DNA from: an uncultured Anaerotruncus sp.
GTDB taxonomy: Bacteria; Bacillota; Clostridia; Oscillospirales; CAG-272
DNA length: 64,000 nucleotides
NCBI GenBank assembly: GCA_902461815.1
Contig: CABPZE010000001.1
Coordinates: 321,374 to 385,373 of the forward strand
Direction: 5' to 3'
Below are positions 45,578 through 54,978 of the stretch, one piece after another. The position numbers were made by a program, and so were the translations under genes. The first letter of the stretch is position 1; every line of letters starts with the position of its first letter. The notes under the pieces are model-generated. The model saw nothing but the letters and a program-made list of their open reading frames with translations. It was not told where the DNA came from and did not search any database.

Positions 45578-45597
45578 ATTGAAGACCCGTCTTCAAT
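45578..45597. promoter_or_regulatory. Perfect 9-bp inverted repeat (ATTGAAGAC-cc-GTCTTCAAT) at the predicted transcription start
   Basis: Read directly from the sequence. It begins 8 nt after the -10 hexamer, so it could be an operator or a 5'-UTR hairpin. Confidence 0.5.
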
Positions 45598-45629
45598 ACG
45601 TCAATCCGTCAATCTACGAGGTTTCGCTC

Positions 45630-46232
45630 ATGAGTTTTCTGAAAAAATATTCTTACAACATCGTCAAGCTGCTTATCAACCAAATTGCAATTTCAATTTT
45701 CGGCAACGTGCTTGCCATCGCGTGCGGAATGGCGCAGTATGAGCAACTCAAGCTGATAACAAGTATATTTGCGATCCTGTTTTATATGTTTCTTAACTAT
45801 TCCGCAGTATGGGATCTTGGATTCCGTGAGCTGCCCGGTATTGAGGCGGGGCGCAATCCGCGCCGTCCTCTCGCAGGTCTTTATATGGCGCTTGTCGCGG
45901 CTATACCGAATTTCCTGCTCGCCATTCTCGTCATGCTGGGTAATCTGCTATGCGATATAAAGTTCTTCTCCACCGTCGGCGCAGTAGCGGGAATGATAGC
46001 TATCTGGGTTGAAGGAATGTACACAGGTATTCTTTCCTTCATTAAGATCTCCGGAATGCCCGCCAATTCGTATTGGATCTCCTATTTTATAATAATCATC
46101 CCCGGTCTGATTGCAGGCTGGCTCGGCTACTACTTCGGCATACGCGGATTCCACCTGACCCGAATACTTATTGCCGACACGCCCGAAGATGTGGAGAAAA
46201 AAAGAGAGGAAAAGAACAGTCACCGCAACTGA
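45630..46232 (+). CDS. Uncharacterised integral membrane protein (~5-6 TM)
   Basis: ATG at 45630 (MSFLKKYSYN…) with GAGG 10 nt upstream; the track ORF starts at 45579. The body is hydrophobic and the tail charged (…EDVEKKREEKNSHRN). Confidence 0.6.
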   Translation: MSFLKKYSYNIVKLLINQIAISIFGNVLAIACGMAQYEQLKLITSIFAILFYMFLNYSAVWDLGFRELPGIEAGRNPRRPLAGLYMALVAAIPNFLLAILVMLGNLLCDIKFFSTVGAVAGMIAIWVEGMYTGILSFIKISGMPANSYWISYFIIIIPGLIAGWLGYYFGIRGFHLTRILIADTPEDVEKKREEKNSHRN

Positions 46233-46246
46233 TAAGACAACCAAAG

Positions 46247-46867
46247 ATGTACGACAATATTATTTATGATTTTGACGGCACTGTTGCCGATTCATATCCG
46301 TATTTCACTCAAGCGATGCAGTTAACACTGCGGCATTACGGCATGGACGATTCCTACGATTCGGTGCTTACTCAGCTGAAAATATCCGTAAGACACGCTT
46401 TTCGTTACTACGCATTTGAGAACAAAGCCGAAGCGAAACTTATGATGTACAACTTTTATCACGAGCTTGCGCGTGATAATGAAACACCGGTTGCGGGTGC
46501 TGCCGAAGCTCTGAGATTTGCATCAAGCGTCGGAAAAAGGAACTATCTTTACACTCACTCCGATGAATTTCCCAAGCTCCTGCTTGAAAAATGGGGGCTG
46601 CTGAATGAATTCACATTCATAATTGACAGCACATTCGGATTTCCGAGCAAGCCCGCTCCTGACGCGCTCAATTACCTTTGCGAACGTTTTTCGCTTGACA
46701 AGGATCGCTCCTTAATGGTAGGCGACCGTGATATTGACGTGCTTTCCGGAATAAATGCGGGTATGCACGGATGTCTGTTCGACGAAGGTCATTTTTATGA
46801 TGATTTCAAGTGCGAGCATATGATCAGACATCTCTGCGAGCTCCCGTCGATCATCGGTGAAAATTGA
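46247..46867 (+). CDS. HAD-family hydrolase (phosphoglycolate-phosphatase-like)
   Basis: Motif I 'IIYDFDGTVADS' directly after the internal ATG at 46247, and motif IV 'MVGDRDIDVLSG'. The track ORF (46073) overlaps the preceding gene. Confidence 0.72.
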   Translation: MYDNIIYDFDGTVADSYPYFTQAMQLTLRHYGMDDSYDSVLTQLKISVRHAFRYYAFENKAEAKLMMYNFYHELARDNETPVAGAAEALRFASSVGKRNYLYTHSDEFPKLLLEKWGLLNEFTFIIDSTFGFPSKPAPDALNYLCERFSLDKDRSLMVGDRDIDVLSGINAGMHGCLFDEGHFYDDFKCEHMIRHLCELPSIIGEN

Positions 46868-46875
46868 TGAAAGCA

Positions 46876-46914
46876 ATCAGGGCTGCTGCGTTTGCGGCAG
46901 CCCTGATATTTTTT
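46876..46914. terminator. Bidirectional intrinsic terminator
   Basis: ATCAGGGCTGC (46876-46886) pairs with GCAGCCCTGAT (46898-46907), followed by ATTTTTT. It lies between convergent genes. Confidence 0.75.
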
Positions 46915-48328
46915 ACTGTGCCTTTGCCGCTGCGTATGTGTCGGCAATGAATTTTTCAAACTTCGGAAGAACCAGCTTATGCCCGTCAAGATTCAGATGG
47001 CTTACGTCAGTTGCTGTCATGGAATATTTGGCACGGAACGTGGAGCTTGTCATATCAACTCCCGAAACCGCAGGATCGGCAGCATTGAAGCAAGGGACAT
47101 TTTTAAGTGAGCATATCTCAAGCATAGCGTCAGAATAAGAGGAAACTGTTTTTCCTATTCCGTTGGTCCCCGATACCTTCCACGGGGTAACGCAGATAAG
47201 CACCGCGTTCGGATACTTTTGACGCAGACCGTCAATAATAACGTTCAGCGCCCCCTTGAAGGTCTTGGTGCTCGTGTCGGTGTTTTCACCGATAGGCACT
47301 TTCTTGTTGTAATCGTTTTTGCCGCCCTCAAGCACAACAATATCGGGATTGTTATCCGACATCTGCTTGTAGCGCACTACCATAGGATTGTTAGTGGTAA
47401 CATAATCGGAAATGGTCGAACCGTTTTTACCGTAGTTCGTGTAATTCATTTCGTAGATCTGTCCCATCAGTGCAGGCCAGACATAGTCGGGGTTAAGTCC
47501 GTTTCCGGCAAAATAGCTGTCGCCTATAAAGTTGACTGTCAGTCCCTTAAGCGCAGGATACTGGATTGCGCTTTTAGCGTCGGCAATATACTTATCAAAT
47601 GCTATCTTTTCATTTTCAGAAATCGAGACAGTACCCTGCTCGCCGGTGAACTCCACATAAACCGTAGGATATTCCGCAGGAGTAAAGCTTGAGCTCTGTC
47701 CCGAACGGTAGCAAAGACGGATATTCTCCTCGTCCTTGGAGGTGACGTATGTATAAACCATTCCCTTGCCGTCCGCGGTCTTTTTGGCAATTTCGTTTTC
47801 GGCAGTTCCCGCACCTGCAAAGTTTGCGCCCGCTTCGTCAAGCACCCACTCGCCGTTCTCAAACTTCCACGATGAAATTACATATGCCGCGGCAGAGGCA
47901 AATCCGGTGTCTCCGTTGGAGTTGGTGTTGTCGTCTGTGAAGGTGATCTTGGTGCCTGCCTTGGAAATATTGATAACATCGGTGTATGAATACGAACCGC
48001 CGTTCGGCTTTATTTTATTGACATAACCCTGTGAGTTGGAAGACGATCCGACATATCCGAAATTCCACTTGACTTCGACCGTAGCAGGTTCGGGAGATGT
48101 AGTTGTTTCGGGAGCCTGCGTAGTCTCCTCTTTGGTGGTAGCAGGAGCATCAGTGGTCTCCGGGGATTCAGGCACGGTAGTGTCAGCGGTTGTATCGCCG
48201 TCAGCCGGAGCGTTGGTCGTAATATCAGCCGAAGTATTATCTCCTACTGTCTGCGTGTTGCTGCACGCGGCAAGCGTTACGAGCATCAATGCAGCAACAA
48301 GGGATGCAATTATTCTTTTGAATTTCAT
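46913..48328 (-). CDS. Lipoprotein with Thr/Pro/Glu-rich linker and C-terminal SGNH/GDSL hydrolase domain
   Basis: Lipobox 'LAAC', a low-complexity 'TTADTTVPESPETTDAPATTKEETTQAPETTTSPEP' linker, block I 'VNFIGDSYFAG', block III 'EGGKNDY' and a distal 'DVSHLN'. Confidence 0.72.
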   Translation of the reverse strand: MKFKRIIASLVAALMLVTLAACSNTQTVGDNTSADITTNAPADGDTTADTTVPESPETTDAPATTKEETTQAPETTTSPEPATVEVKWNFGYVGSSSNSQGYVNKIKPNGGSYSYTDVINISKAGTKITFTDDNTNSNGDTGFASAAAYVISSWKFENGEWVLDEAGANFAGAGTAENEIAKKTADGKGMVYTYVTSKDEENIRLCYRSGQSSSFTPAEYPTVYVEFTGEQGTVSISENEKIAFDKYIADAKSAIQYPALKGLTVNFIGDSYFAGNGLNPDYVWPALMGQIYEMNYTNYGKNGSTISDYVTTNNPMVVRYKQMSDNNPDIVVLEGGKNDYNKKVPIGENTDTSTKTFKGALNVIIDGLRQKYPNAVLICVTPWKVSGTNGIGKTVSSYSDAMLEICSLKNVPCFNAADPAVSGVDMTSSTFRAKYSMTATDVSHLNLDGHKLVLPKFEKFIADTYAAAKAQ

Positions 48329-48354
48329 TTTTTTGCCTTTCTGTACAATATAAT

Positions 48355-48984
48355 TTATTTTTGTTTTTCGCGGTATATATCGGCAAGCGCTCTTGCGGTG
48401 CCTTCTATACCGAGAAAAGAGCTGTCAATTAGCATGTTGTAGTTATCGGGACTTCCCCACTTACGTCCGGTATAATAGTTATAATAGTTGATACGACGTT
48501 TATCGCTGCGCGATATCAGCTCGCGCGCTTCCTTTTCGTTTTTTGCCTGACCGCTCTCAATAACACGTTTTATTTTTTCCTCAAGCGGAGCATAAATAAA
48601 TATAGAAAATCTGTTGGGATTTGAGCGCAGAACATAATCAGAACAGCGTCCGATTATTATACAAGGACTCTCTGCGGCAAGCTCACGTATTATTTCGGAC
48701 TGAGTGATAAACAGCTTGTCGTTGATGGGAACATTCATATCAACGGATGCAGCACCGTAGTATGACGAACCAAGCGCAAGAGTATAAAGCAGGCTGTTTG
48801 TTGCCTTTTCGTCAGCGTGATGCAGTATCTCGCTTGACATACCGCTTTTCTGCGCCGCCATAGTAATAAGCTCTTTGTCATATGACTTTATGCCGAGGAG
48901 CGCTGCAAGACGCATACCTATTTCACGCCCGCCACTGCCGAATTGACGCGCAATTGTAATTACCGTATTGGTGCTGTCAGACAT
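48355..48984 (-). CDS. Cytidylate-kinase-like family protein (P-loop-less AAA_28/CMK-like)
   Basis: 'ITIARQFGSGGREIG…LGIKSYDKELI' is typical of this family. I prefer the ATG at 48984 (MSDST…), with GAGGTG upstream. The track uses GTG at 48993. Confidence 0.65.
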   Translation of the reverse strand: MSDSTNTVITIARQFGSGGREIGMRLAALLGIKSYDKELITMAAQKSGMSSEILHHADEKATNSLLYTLALGSSYYGAASVDMNVPINDKLFITQSEIIRELAAESPCIIIGRCSDYVLRSNPNRFSIFIYAPLEEKIKRVIESGQAKNEKEARELISRSDKRRINYYNYYTGRKWGSPDNYNMLIDSSFLGIEGTARALADIYREKQK

Positions 48985-49121
48985 ACATATCACCTCAAAT
49001 CATCCGTAAATATTTTTTCACACTTACATTATACCACATACCTGCCTTTTTTGCAATACCGAATTGACATCTCTTGCGCGGATAAATAATTCAATGGGTG
49101 GCTGACATTCGATATTTTCAC

Positions 49122-49150
49122 TTGACCGTTCTGCTGTTTAGTGATATACT
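49122..49150 (+). promoter_or_regulatory. Sigma-A-type promoter upstream of polA
   Basis: TTGACC (49122-49127), a 17-nt spacer, then TATACT (49145-49150). Confidence 0.5.
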
Positions 49151-49180
49151 TAATGTAATAAAATTTCTGAGGAAAACACA

Positions 49181-51712
49181 ATGAAAACTCTACTTGCCGT
49201 TGACGGCAACAGTATTCTGAACCGAGCCTTTTACGGTATAAGACCGCTTACAACGCGCGACGGGCTTCCCACCAACGCGCTTTACGGAATGTCAAATATG
49301 CTGATGCGACAGATACAGGATCTTTCTCCTGACATGTGTGCGGTCGCCTTTGACCTCAAAGCCCCAACATTCCGCCACCAAAAATACGATTCGTACAAGT
49401 CGGGCAGAAAGCCCATGCCGGAGGAGCTTGCCGCTCAGCTTCCCATAGCGCACGAGCTGTGCGAGGCATTGGGCTTTTCGGTGCTTGAAGCCGAAGGATA
49501 CGAGGCGGACGATATACTAGGCACTCTTGCAGCAATGGGAGAGATTGACGGTGATACACAGGTATTTATTTTTACCGGAGACCGCGACTCCCTGCAGCTG
49601 ATAAGCAGCCGCACATCGGTGATTCTTGCAACAATTAAAGAAAACATACTGTTTGACCGGGAAAGATTTTTTGAGGAATACGGCGTTTGGCCGGATGTAT
49701 TTGTCGATGTTAAAGCAATAATGGGAGACTCCTCCGACAATATACCGGGAGTTCCCGGTATAGGCGAGAAGGGTGCGCTGAAGCTGATTGCCCAGTTCGG
49801 CTCGCTTGACGGCGTATATTCCGGATTTTCCGCTCCAGGCAGTGGCGTTACACCGTCTGTCGCCGCAAAGCTTGAAGCCGGAAAGCAGTCTGCTTACCTT
49901 TCACGCGAGCTTGCTCTGATATACCGCTCGGTTCCGGGTCTGCCTGCACTATCCGGGCTTGGAAACGGCAAACCGGATCCCGAAAAAGCGCGTCCTTTGT
50001 TCACGCGGCTTGAATTTTCAAAGCTGCTTCAGAAGCTCGCACCCGAAGATACTCCGGCTGAGAAAACAACCAGCCCCGAAGCGTCCGCAGCCAATGTCAG
50101 CGAAGATATTAATGTATTCTTATCTATGCTTGATTCCGCCGCTGTATCAGCAACTGTTCTTGCTTTTGACGGCTCGGAATTCCGTATTTTTGACGGCAAG
50201 ACACTCTGCTCCGTTCCGGCAAGCGCCGAAACCGCCGCCAGGGTCGGAAAGTCCTCCGGGTGGATATGTCACGACTGCAAATCGATATACGAAAAGCTTG
50301 ACTGTATTTCGGGAGAAAAATGCTGCCGTGGAGCTGCGTTTGACGTAATGCTTGCGGAATATGTACTGAATCCGCAGGGTAAATTCGACCTTGACTCCCT
50401 GAAAACACAGTACAAAAAAGACGGCGCATCGGCAAGCGACGTCGAAACGGTATTCGGAATGTATCCCATCCTGAAAGTAAAGTTAGCGGATACTCACTCC
50501 GAAAAGCTGTTTTACGACATTGAAATGCCGCTCGCAGCCGTGCTTGCCGACATGGAGGAGGAAGGCTTTCTTGTTGACCGCGCAGGACTCGCCGAATACG
50601 GTAAGCTCCTTTCAGCTAAATCCGACGCACTGGCTTCCACAATATGCTCGGAAGCAGGGGTGGATTTCAACATAAACTCCCCAAAACAGCTCGGAGAGGT
50701 CTTGTTTGAAAAGCTGGGTCTGCCCGGAGCCAAGAAAACGAAAACCGGATATTCCACCAACGCCGACATACTTGAAAAATTAGCTCCTGACTATGAGATC
50801 GTGCGCAATGTGCTTGAATACCGAAAGCTTACAAAGCTGTACAGCACGTATGTGGTGGGACTTCTGAAGGTCGCTGACGATGACGGCAGAATACACACTC
50901 AGTTCAAACAGACCGGAACTGCCACCGGACGGCTTTCATCCGCAGAGCCTAATCTTCAGAATATACCGATAAGGACAGAGGAAGGCAGAGAGTTGCGCAA
51001 ATATTTCATCGCCTCTCCAGGGCGCGTGCTCATCGACGCGGACTATTCCCAGATCGAGCTGAGGCTTTTGGCTCATATATCGGGGGATGAAAATCTTATC
51101 TCCGCCTTCAGAAGCGGCATGGACATTCACACCTCCACAGCAGCAACAGTTTTCGGCGTTTCACCTGAAAATGTCACTCCGGAGCTGCGCAAGCGCGCCA
51201 AAGCGGTGAATTTCGGTATAATTTACGGAATAGGGGATTTCTCCCTCGCCGGAGATCTCGGTATTCCCGTAAAGCAGGCGCGCGCATATATCAACAGCTA
51301 TCTTGCCTCCTATCCTGAGGTAAACGCGTACCTCAAGGACATCATAGCCGAAGCGCGTGCGCGCGGATATGTCACCACACTGTTCGGCAGGCGCAGATAC
51401 ATCCCGGAAATTTCTGGACACAACGCGGTACAACGCAAATTCGGTGAGCGCGTTGCCATGAACAGCCCGATCCAGGGCAGTGCGGCGGATATCGTAAAGC
51501 TTGCAATGCTCGGCGTCAGCCGCAAATTGAACGAAGAAGGACTTGACGCCAGGCTGATACTTCAGGTACACGATGAACTTATCGTCGAGGCGTCGGAAAA
51601 GGACGCTGAACGCGCCGCAGAGATTTTGCGCGAGCAGATGGAGGGCGCGGTGGAGCTTTCAGTTCCGCTTACCGTTGACCTCAGCACCGGCAAACGCTGG
51701 TACGGAATGTAA
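49181..51712 (+). CDS. polA: DNA polymerase I
   Basis: A 5'-nuclease domain ('LLAVDGNSILNRAFY', 'GDSSDNIPGVPGIGEKGA') and polymerase motifs A 'DYSQIELR', B 'RKRAKAVNFGIIYG' and C 'QVHDELIVE'. The central 3'-5' exo-like region lacks obvious acidic motifs. Confidence 0.93.
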   Translation: MKTLLAVDGNSILNRAFYGIRPLTTRDGLPTNALYGMSNMLMRQIQDLSPDMCAVAFDLKAPTFRHQKYDSYKSGRKPMPEELAAQLPIAHELCEALGFSVLEAEGYEADDILGTLAAMGEIDGDTQVFIFTGDRDSLQLISSRTSVILATIKENILFDRERFFEEYGVWPDVFVDVKAIMGDSSDNIPGVPGIGEKGALKLIAQFGSLDGVYSGFSAPGSGVTPSVAAKLEAGKQSAYLSRELALIYRSVPGLPALSGLGNGKPDPEKARPLFTRLEFSKLLQKLAPEDTPAEKTTSPEASAANVSEDINVFLSMLDSAAVSATVLAFDGSEFRIFDGKTLCSVPASAETAARVGKSSGWICHDCKSIYEKLDCISGEKCCRGAAFDVMLAEYVLNPQGKFDLDSLKTQYKKDGASASDVETVFGMYPILKVKLADTHSEKLFYDIEMPLAAVLADMEEEGFLVDRAGLAEYGKLLSAKSDALASTICSEAGVDFNINSPKQLGEVLFEKLGLPGAKKTKTGYSTNADILEKLAPDYEIVRNVLEYRKLTKLYSTYVVGLLKVADDDGRIHTQFKQTGTATGRLSSAEPNLQNIPIRTEEGRELRKYFIASPGRVLIDADYSQIELRLLAHISGDENLISAFRSGMDIHTSTAATVFGVSPENVTPELRKRAKAVNFGIIYGIGDFSLAGDLGIPVKQARAYINSYLASYPEVNAYLKDIIAEARARGYVTTLFGRRRYIPEISGHNAVQRKFGERVAMNSPIQGSAADIVKLAMLGVSRKLNEEGLDARLILQVHDELIVEASEKDAERAAEILREQMEGAVELSVPLTVDLSTGKRWYGM

Positions 51713-51734
51713 TCAAATATATTATAAAAAACAT

Positions 51735-51765
51735 ACAGGCTGCGGGCAAATGTGCCGCAGCCTGT
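51735..51765. terminator. Bidirectional intrinsic terminator between polA and the M29 peptidase gene
   Basis: ACAGGCTGCGG (51735-51745) pairs with CCGCAGCCTGT (51755-51765). It is flanked by an A-run upstream and a T-rich stretch downstream. Confidence 0.75.
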
Positions 51766-51780
51766 ATTTATATTATATTA

Positions 51781-53007
51781 TCAGAAAGCCCAGTTTCCGT
51801 TTCTGAAGATCGCAACAGTGCGTCCGTCGCGGGTCTTGGCGTCAATGTCAAGGTCGGCGGAGCCTATCATGAAATCGACGTGGATCATTGAATCATTGAT
51901 CCCCTTCTCGCGGCATTCCTCAAGCGTGTACTTGTCAAAATCCCTTACGCAGTTGACAAACCCCATACCGAGTGCCAGATGGCAGCAGGCGTTTTCGTCA
52001 AACAGTGTGTTATAAAAGGTAAGTCCCGAATTCTGAATAGGAGAATCGTAAGGAACGAGCGAGCATTCGCCAAGGTATGCAGCGCCCTCGTCCATTGAGA
52101 TCATCTGACGGAGCAGCTCCTCGTTCTTTTCTGCATGAACCTCGACCGCCTTTCCGTTTTCAAATCTCACGGAGAAGTTTTCAATAAGCTGTCCCTGATA
52201 CGAAAGCGGGCGTGTTGCTACCACAGTTCCCTCCGCCTTTCCGCGCATCGGTGAGGTGAATACCTCCTCGGTAGGCATATTCGGATTATAGTAGACTCCC
52301 TGAAGCGAGGTTTCGCCTCCGCCGAGGAAATCAACATCCGGGATAAGTCCCACACGGAAGTCGGTGCCGTTTGAAGAATGATATATAAGCTCATCTATAC
52401 CAAGAGAGTTAAGATATCTGCACTTTTCGGCAAGATTTGCGTTATGCTTCTTCCAGTCGTTTATGGGATCTTCTCCGTCGGCACGGGAGGTATAAAGGAT
52501 CGCCTCCCACAGCTTTTCAACCGCCTGATGGCGTGAAAGCTTCGGGAACATCTTCTTTGCCCATTTTTCACCCGGAACAGCGGCTATCACCCACTGATAT
52601 CTGTTTTCCATTCTGTCGCGGAAGGGCTTGATGATCGGATATCTCGCCTGTCTTGCCTTGGCGACCTTCTGCTGATTTACACCGGCAAGTCCGTCGGGAT
52701 CTTCGGATTCAAGGTAGATCATCGCCGGGAGAACCGTTGCGCGGTGTTCAAGACGCTCGATCTCCCATTTTTCGATCGTTGAAAGAGTTTTGATACTGCG
52801 GTAGCGGTAGTTGGTCTTCTCCAGCGGCTGGTAACTCCATTCGACAATGACCTTTTTCGCTCCCGCACGATAGCATTCCTCGGCTACCATACGTGCAAAC
52901 TCCGCGGTCTCGACCGAGGAATTGATCATTACCTCCTGACCCTTCTGCACATTTGCGCCGGTAACGGCTATCAGCTGTGCGTATTTTTTCATAACTGTTT
53001 TTTTCAT
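51781..53007 (-). CDS. M29-family aminopeptidase (PepS/AmpS type)
   Basis: 408 aa with 'KYAQLIAVTGANVQKGQEV', 'EFARMVAEECYRAGAKKV' and C-terminal 'HLALG…HVDFMIG' metal-site-like motifs. Confidence 0.8.
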   Translation of the reverse strand: MKKTVMKKYAQLIAVTGANVQKGQEVMINSSVETAEFARMVAEECYRAGAKKVIVEWSYQPLEKTNYRYRSIKTLSTIEKWEIERLEHRATVLPAMIYLESEDPDGLAGVNQQKVAKARQARYPIIKPFRDRMENRYQWVIAAVPGEKWAKKMFPKLSRHQAVEKLWEAILYTSRADGEDPINDWKKHNANLAEKCRYLNSLGIDELIYHSSNGTDFRVGLIPDVDFLGGGETSLQGVYYNPNMPTEEVFTSPMRGKAEGTVVATRPLSYQGQLIENFSVRFENGKAVEVHAEKNEELLRQMISMDEGAAYLGECSLVPYDSPIQNSGLTFYNTLFDENACCHLALGMGFVNCVRDFDKYTLEECREKGINDSMIHVDFMIGSADLDIDAKTRDGRTVAIFRNGNWAF

Positions 53008-53159
53008 AATATAAACTGCCTTTCAGGCGCTTTGCGCCGTAAAATTTTACTGTTTAATATTATATCAAAAAACCCAACGAATTTCAATCTCCATCATGCA
53101 TAAATTTAATAAAATTCCAAAATACTTAAGCAATAACCGCAAAAACTCCCCCTTAAGTA

Positions 53160-53196
53160 CACTCGGGACTGACACCAAGCGCGTCAGTCCCGAGTG
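53160..53196 (-). terminator. Hairpin downstream of the sigma-factor gene (possible terminator)
   Basis: CACTCGGGACTGAC (53160-53173) pairs perfectly with GTCAGTCCCGAGTG (53183-53196). The U-tract on the minus strand is displaced (…GGGGGAGTTTTTG). Confidence 0.5.
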
Positions 53197-53201
53197 ATTA
53201 A

Positions 53202-54827
53202 TTATTTTGATACTCCCATCCAACAGCCCTCGGCTCCGATAGCGTTATCGGGCGGAGTAAGAATACCCTTTTCAACGAGGGATTCGACCACACCGTCGCA
53301 CAGCGGCAAACCTGCAATATTGTTGAAAAAACGCCATTCGCCAAGCAGATAATCCGGAACGCTCCTGCGGATCAGCTCTGCAACCTTCCCGGCAACAGCC
53401 TGCGCTTCGGCATCGAAATATCCGTTTGAAAGCTCATCGCTGATATCAAACAACCTGTCCTCGTCCTTTATATCGTTCACAAGTATCTTCGTCCAAAGCA
53501 TATTTTCCTCACGGTACAGGTAACCGCACTCGATCGCTTTTGCGGCATGCTCCTTTTCAACCTCCGAGAGAGTCCCCACGTCAAGGCCGTTTATTGAACG
53601 GAGAGCAAGCTGAATTTTTGAATCGCTGGAAATATTATGCCCGCATCCGAAATGCTTTTCAATGCGTTTAATATAGATGTTGTCAAGACGAATTTCCGAG
53701 AATCCGCACACATTCCGGGCAACTACTCCGTCCCAACCTCCGCCGTAGTGTTTTCCGTTATCAACATAACCGAATACACTGAACGGACGTTTTACCTTTT
53801 CGACTCCTGCAAAGTAGTTATCCGACAGTATTCTTTCAACTTTTTCCCTAAACACATGCGACATGTTATATACCTGCTGCCAAAGGACAAGATTAAGATC
53901 AATTTTCTTGTTCAGATACGGAAATGCAAGATAATCGCCCTTCCTCTTATCAATGAAATCGGAAATAACATTGCATATCATTGGCAGCTGCTCATTGTAT
54001 ATGCCATGAGCTTTTTCAACCTTATCCTTGTCGAGAAGTATGAAATTGATTGCATATTTACCGTTATCAAGCCGCCGCAAAAGCCCGTATTTCCCGTTCT
54101 CCCCCCTTGTCTGAATATCCAGCTCTTCTTCGACATAAACGGTAGGAACATTCAGTGCTTCTGCAATTTCAAGTGCACTCATGGGCTTTTTATGGCACAG
54201 ATGGACGATCTGCTTTGAAATCTGCCTTGTGCATTCATTTCTTGGGTCGCCCCAACCGGGATTTCCTGTTCCCCAGATCACAAAATTAATTTTATCAAGG
54301 GCGACCGGTCTTTTATTTGTATCTGACATTTTTTCCACCTCGCTTTTTACTTTTTTTCTTGCCGAAAACAGTCTCTGACGAACAGCTCCCTCGCTTGTTT
54401 TCTGACACTCGGCAATTTTTGCTGTTGAAAGTCCGTCAATGTAGAACATTATCATAACCTCGCGGTATGCTCTTGTAAGGAAGGCAATACAACGGTATAC
54501 TGCGCAAATCAGCTCATGTCCTTCATCCTCGTCATTCTCGTCTGAAATGAACGGGAATATTTCTTCAGGATCACCCTCATAAAATATTCCGTCGCGGCGT
54601 TTACGCTTGTCCGAGAAGTCGGCGTACACGTTACGCGCCACTCTCCAGATAAAAGGATAAGGATTTTCAATATCGCCTTCGGCATTGGCAGATTTTACAA
54701 TTGCAAAAATTATGTCAGAACACAATTCCTGCGCCTCATAGCTGTCTGCGGTTCTGGCATAACAGAAGCCGTACAGCTTTTCAAGCAGTTCATCATTGAA
54801 ATAGTTCAGCAGTTCCTGTTTTTTCAT
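53202..54827 (-). CDS. ECF-like sigma-70 family factor fused to a ~375-aa C-terminal domain of unknown function
   Basis: Region 2 ('FIWRVARNVYADF') and region 4 HTH ('REVMIMFYIDGLSTAKIAECQKTSEGAVRQRLFSARKKV') fall within the first ~175 aa. The remainder is unrecognised. ATG at 54827 with AAGGAA upstream; the track uses GTG at 54860. Confidence 0.7.
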   Translation of the reverse strand: MKKQELLNYFNDELLEKLYGFCYARTADSYEAQELCSDIIFAIVKSANAEGDIENPYPFIWRVARNVYADFSDKRKRRDGIFYEGDPEEIFPFISDENDEDEGHELICAVYRCIAFLTRAYREVMIMFYIDGLSTAKIAECQKTSEGAVRQRLFSARKKVKSEVEKMSDTNKRPVALDKINFVIWGTGNPGWGDPRNECTRQISKQIVHLCHKKPMSALEIAEALNVPTVYVEEELDIQTRGENGKYGLLRRLDNGKYAINFILLDKDKVEKAHGIYNEQLPMICNVISDFIDKRKGDYLAFPYLNKKIDLNLVLWQQVYNMSHVFREKVERILSDNYFAGVEKVKRPFSVFGYVDNGKHYGGGWDGVVARNVCGFSEIRLDNIYIKRIEKHFGCGHNISSDSKIQLALRSINGLDVGTLSEVEKEHAAKAIECGYLYREENMLWTKILVNDIKDEDRLFDISDELSNGYFDAEAQAVAGKVAELIRRSVPDYLLGEWRFFNNIAGLPLCDGVVESLVEKGILTPPDNAIGAEGCWMGVSK

Positions 54828-54914
54828 GTTTTTCCTTAAGCGATTGATCAATGCTTTCACCTAAATAGTCGGCATAATTATGAATTTGTCAGGCGGTATG
54901 CAGAAAAAAATCAA

Positions 54915-54952
54915 TATAAAAAACAGGACTGCACGTTTTGGCGGCAGTCCTG
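54915..54952 (-). terminator. Intrinsic terminator after the UPF0210 gene
   Basis: CAGGACTGC (54924-54932) pairs with GCAGTCCTG (54944-54952). On the minus strand it is followed by TTTTTTAT. Confidence 0.7.
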
Positions 54953-54978
54953 CCTGCAGAGCGCACTTGCGCCCCGTC

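Noticed and set aside
46073-46246. N-terminal 58-aa extension of the HAD hydrolase ORF
   Set aside because: It overlaps the 3' end of the preceding membrane protein gene. The HAD motif I (DFDGT) follows immediately after the internal ATG at 46247.
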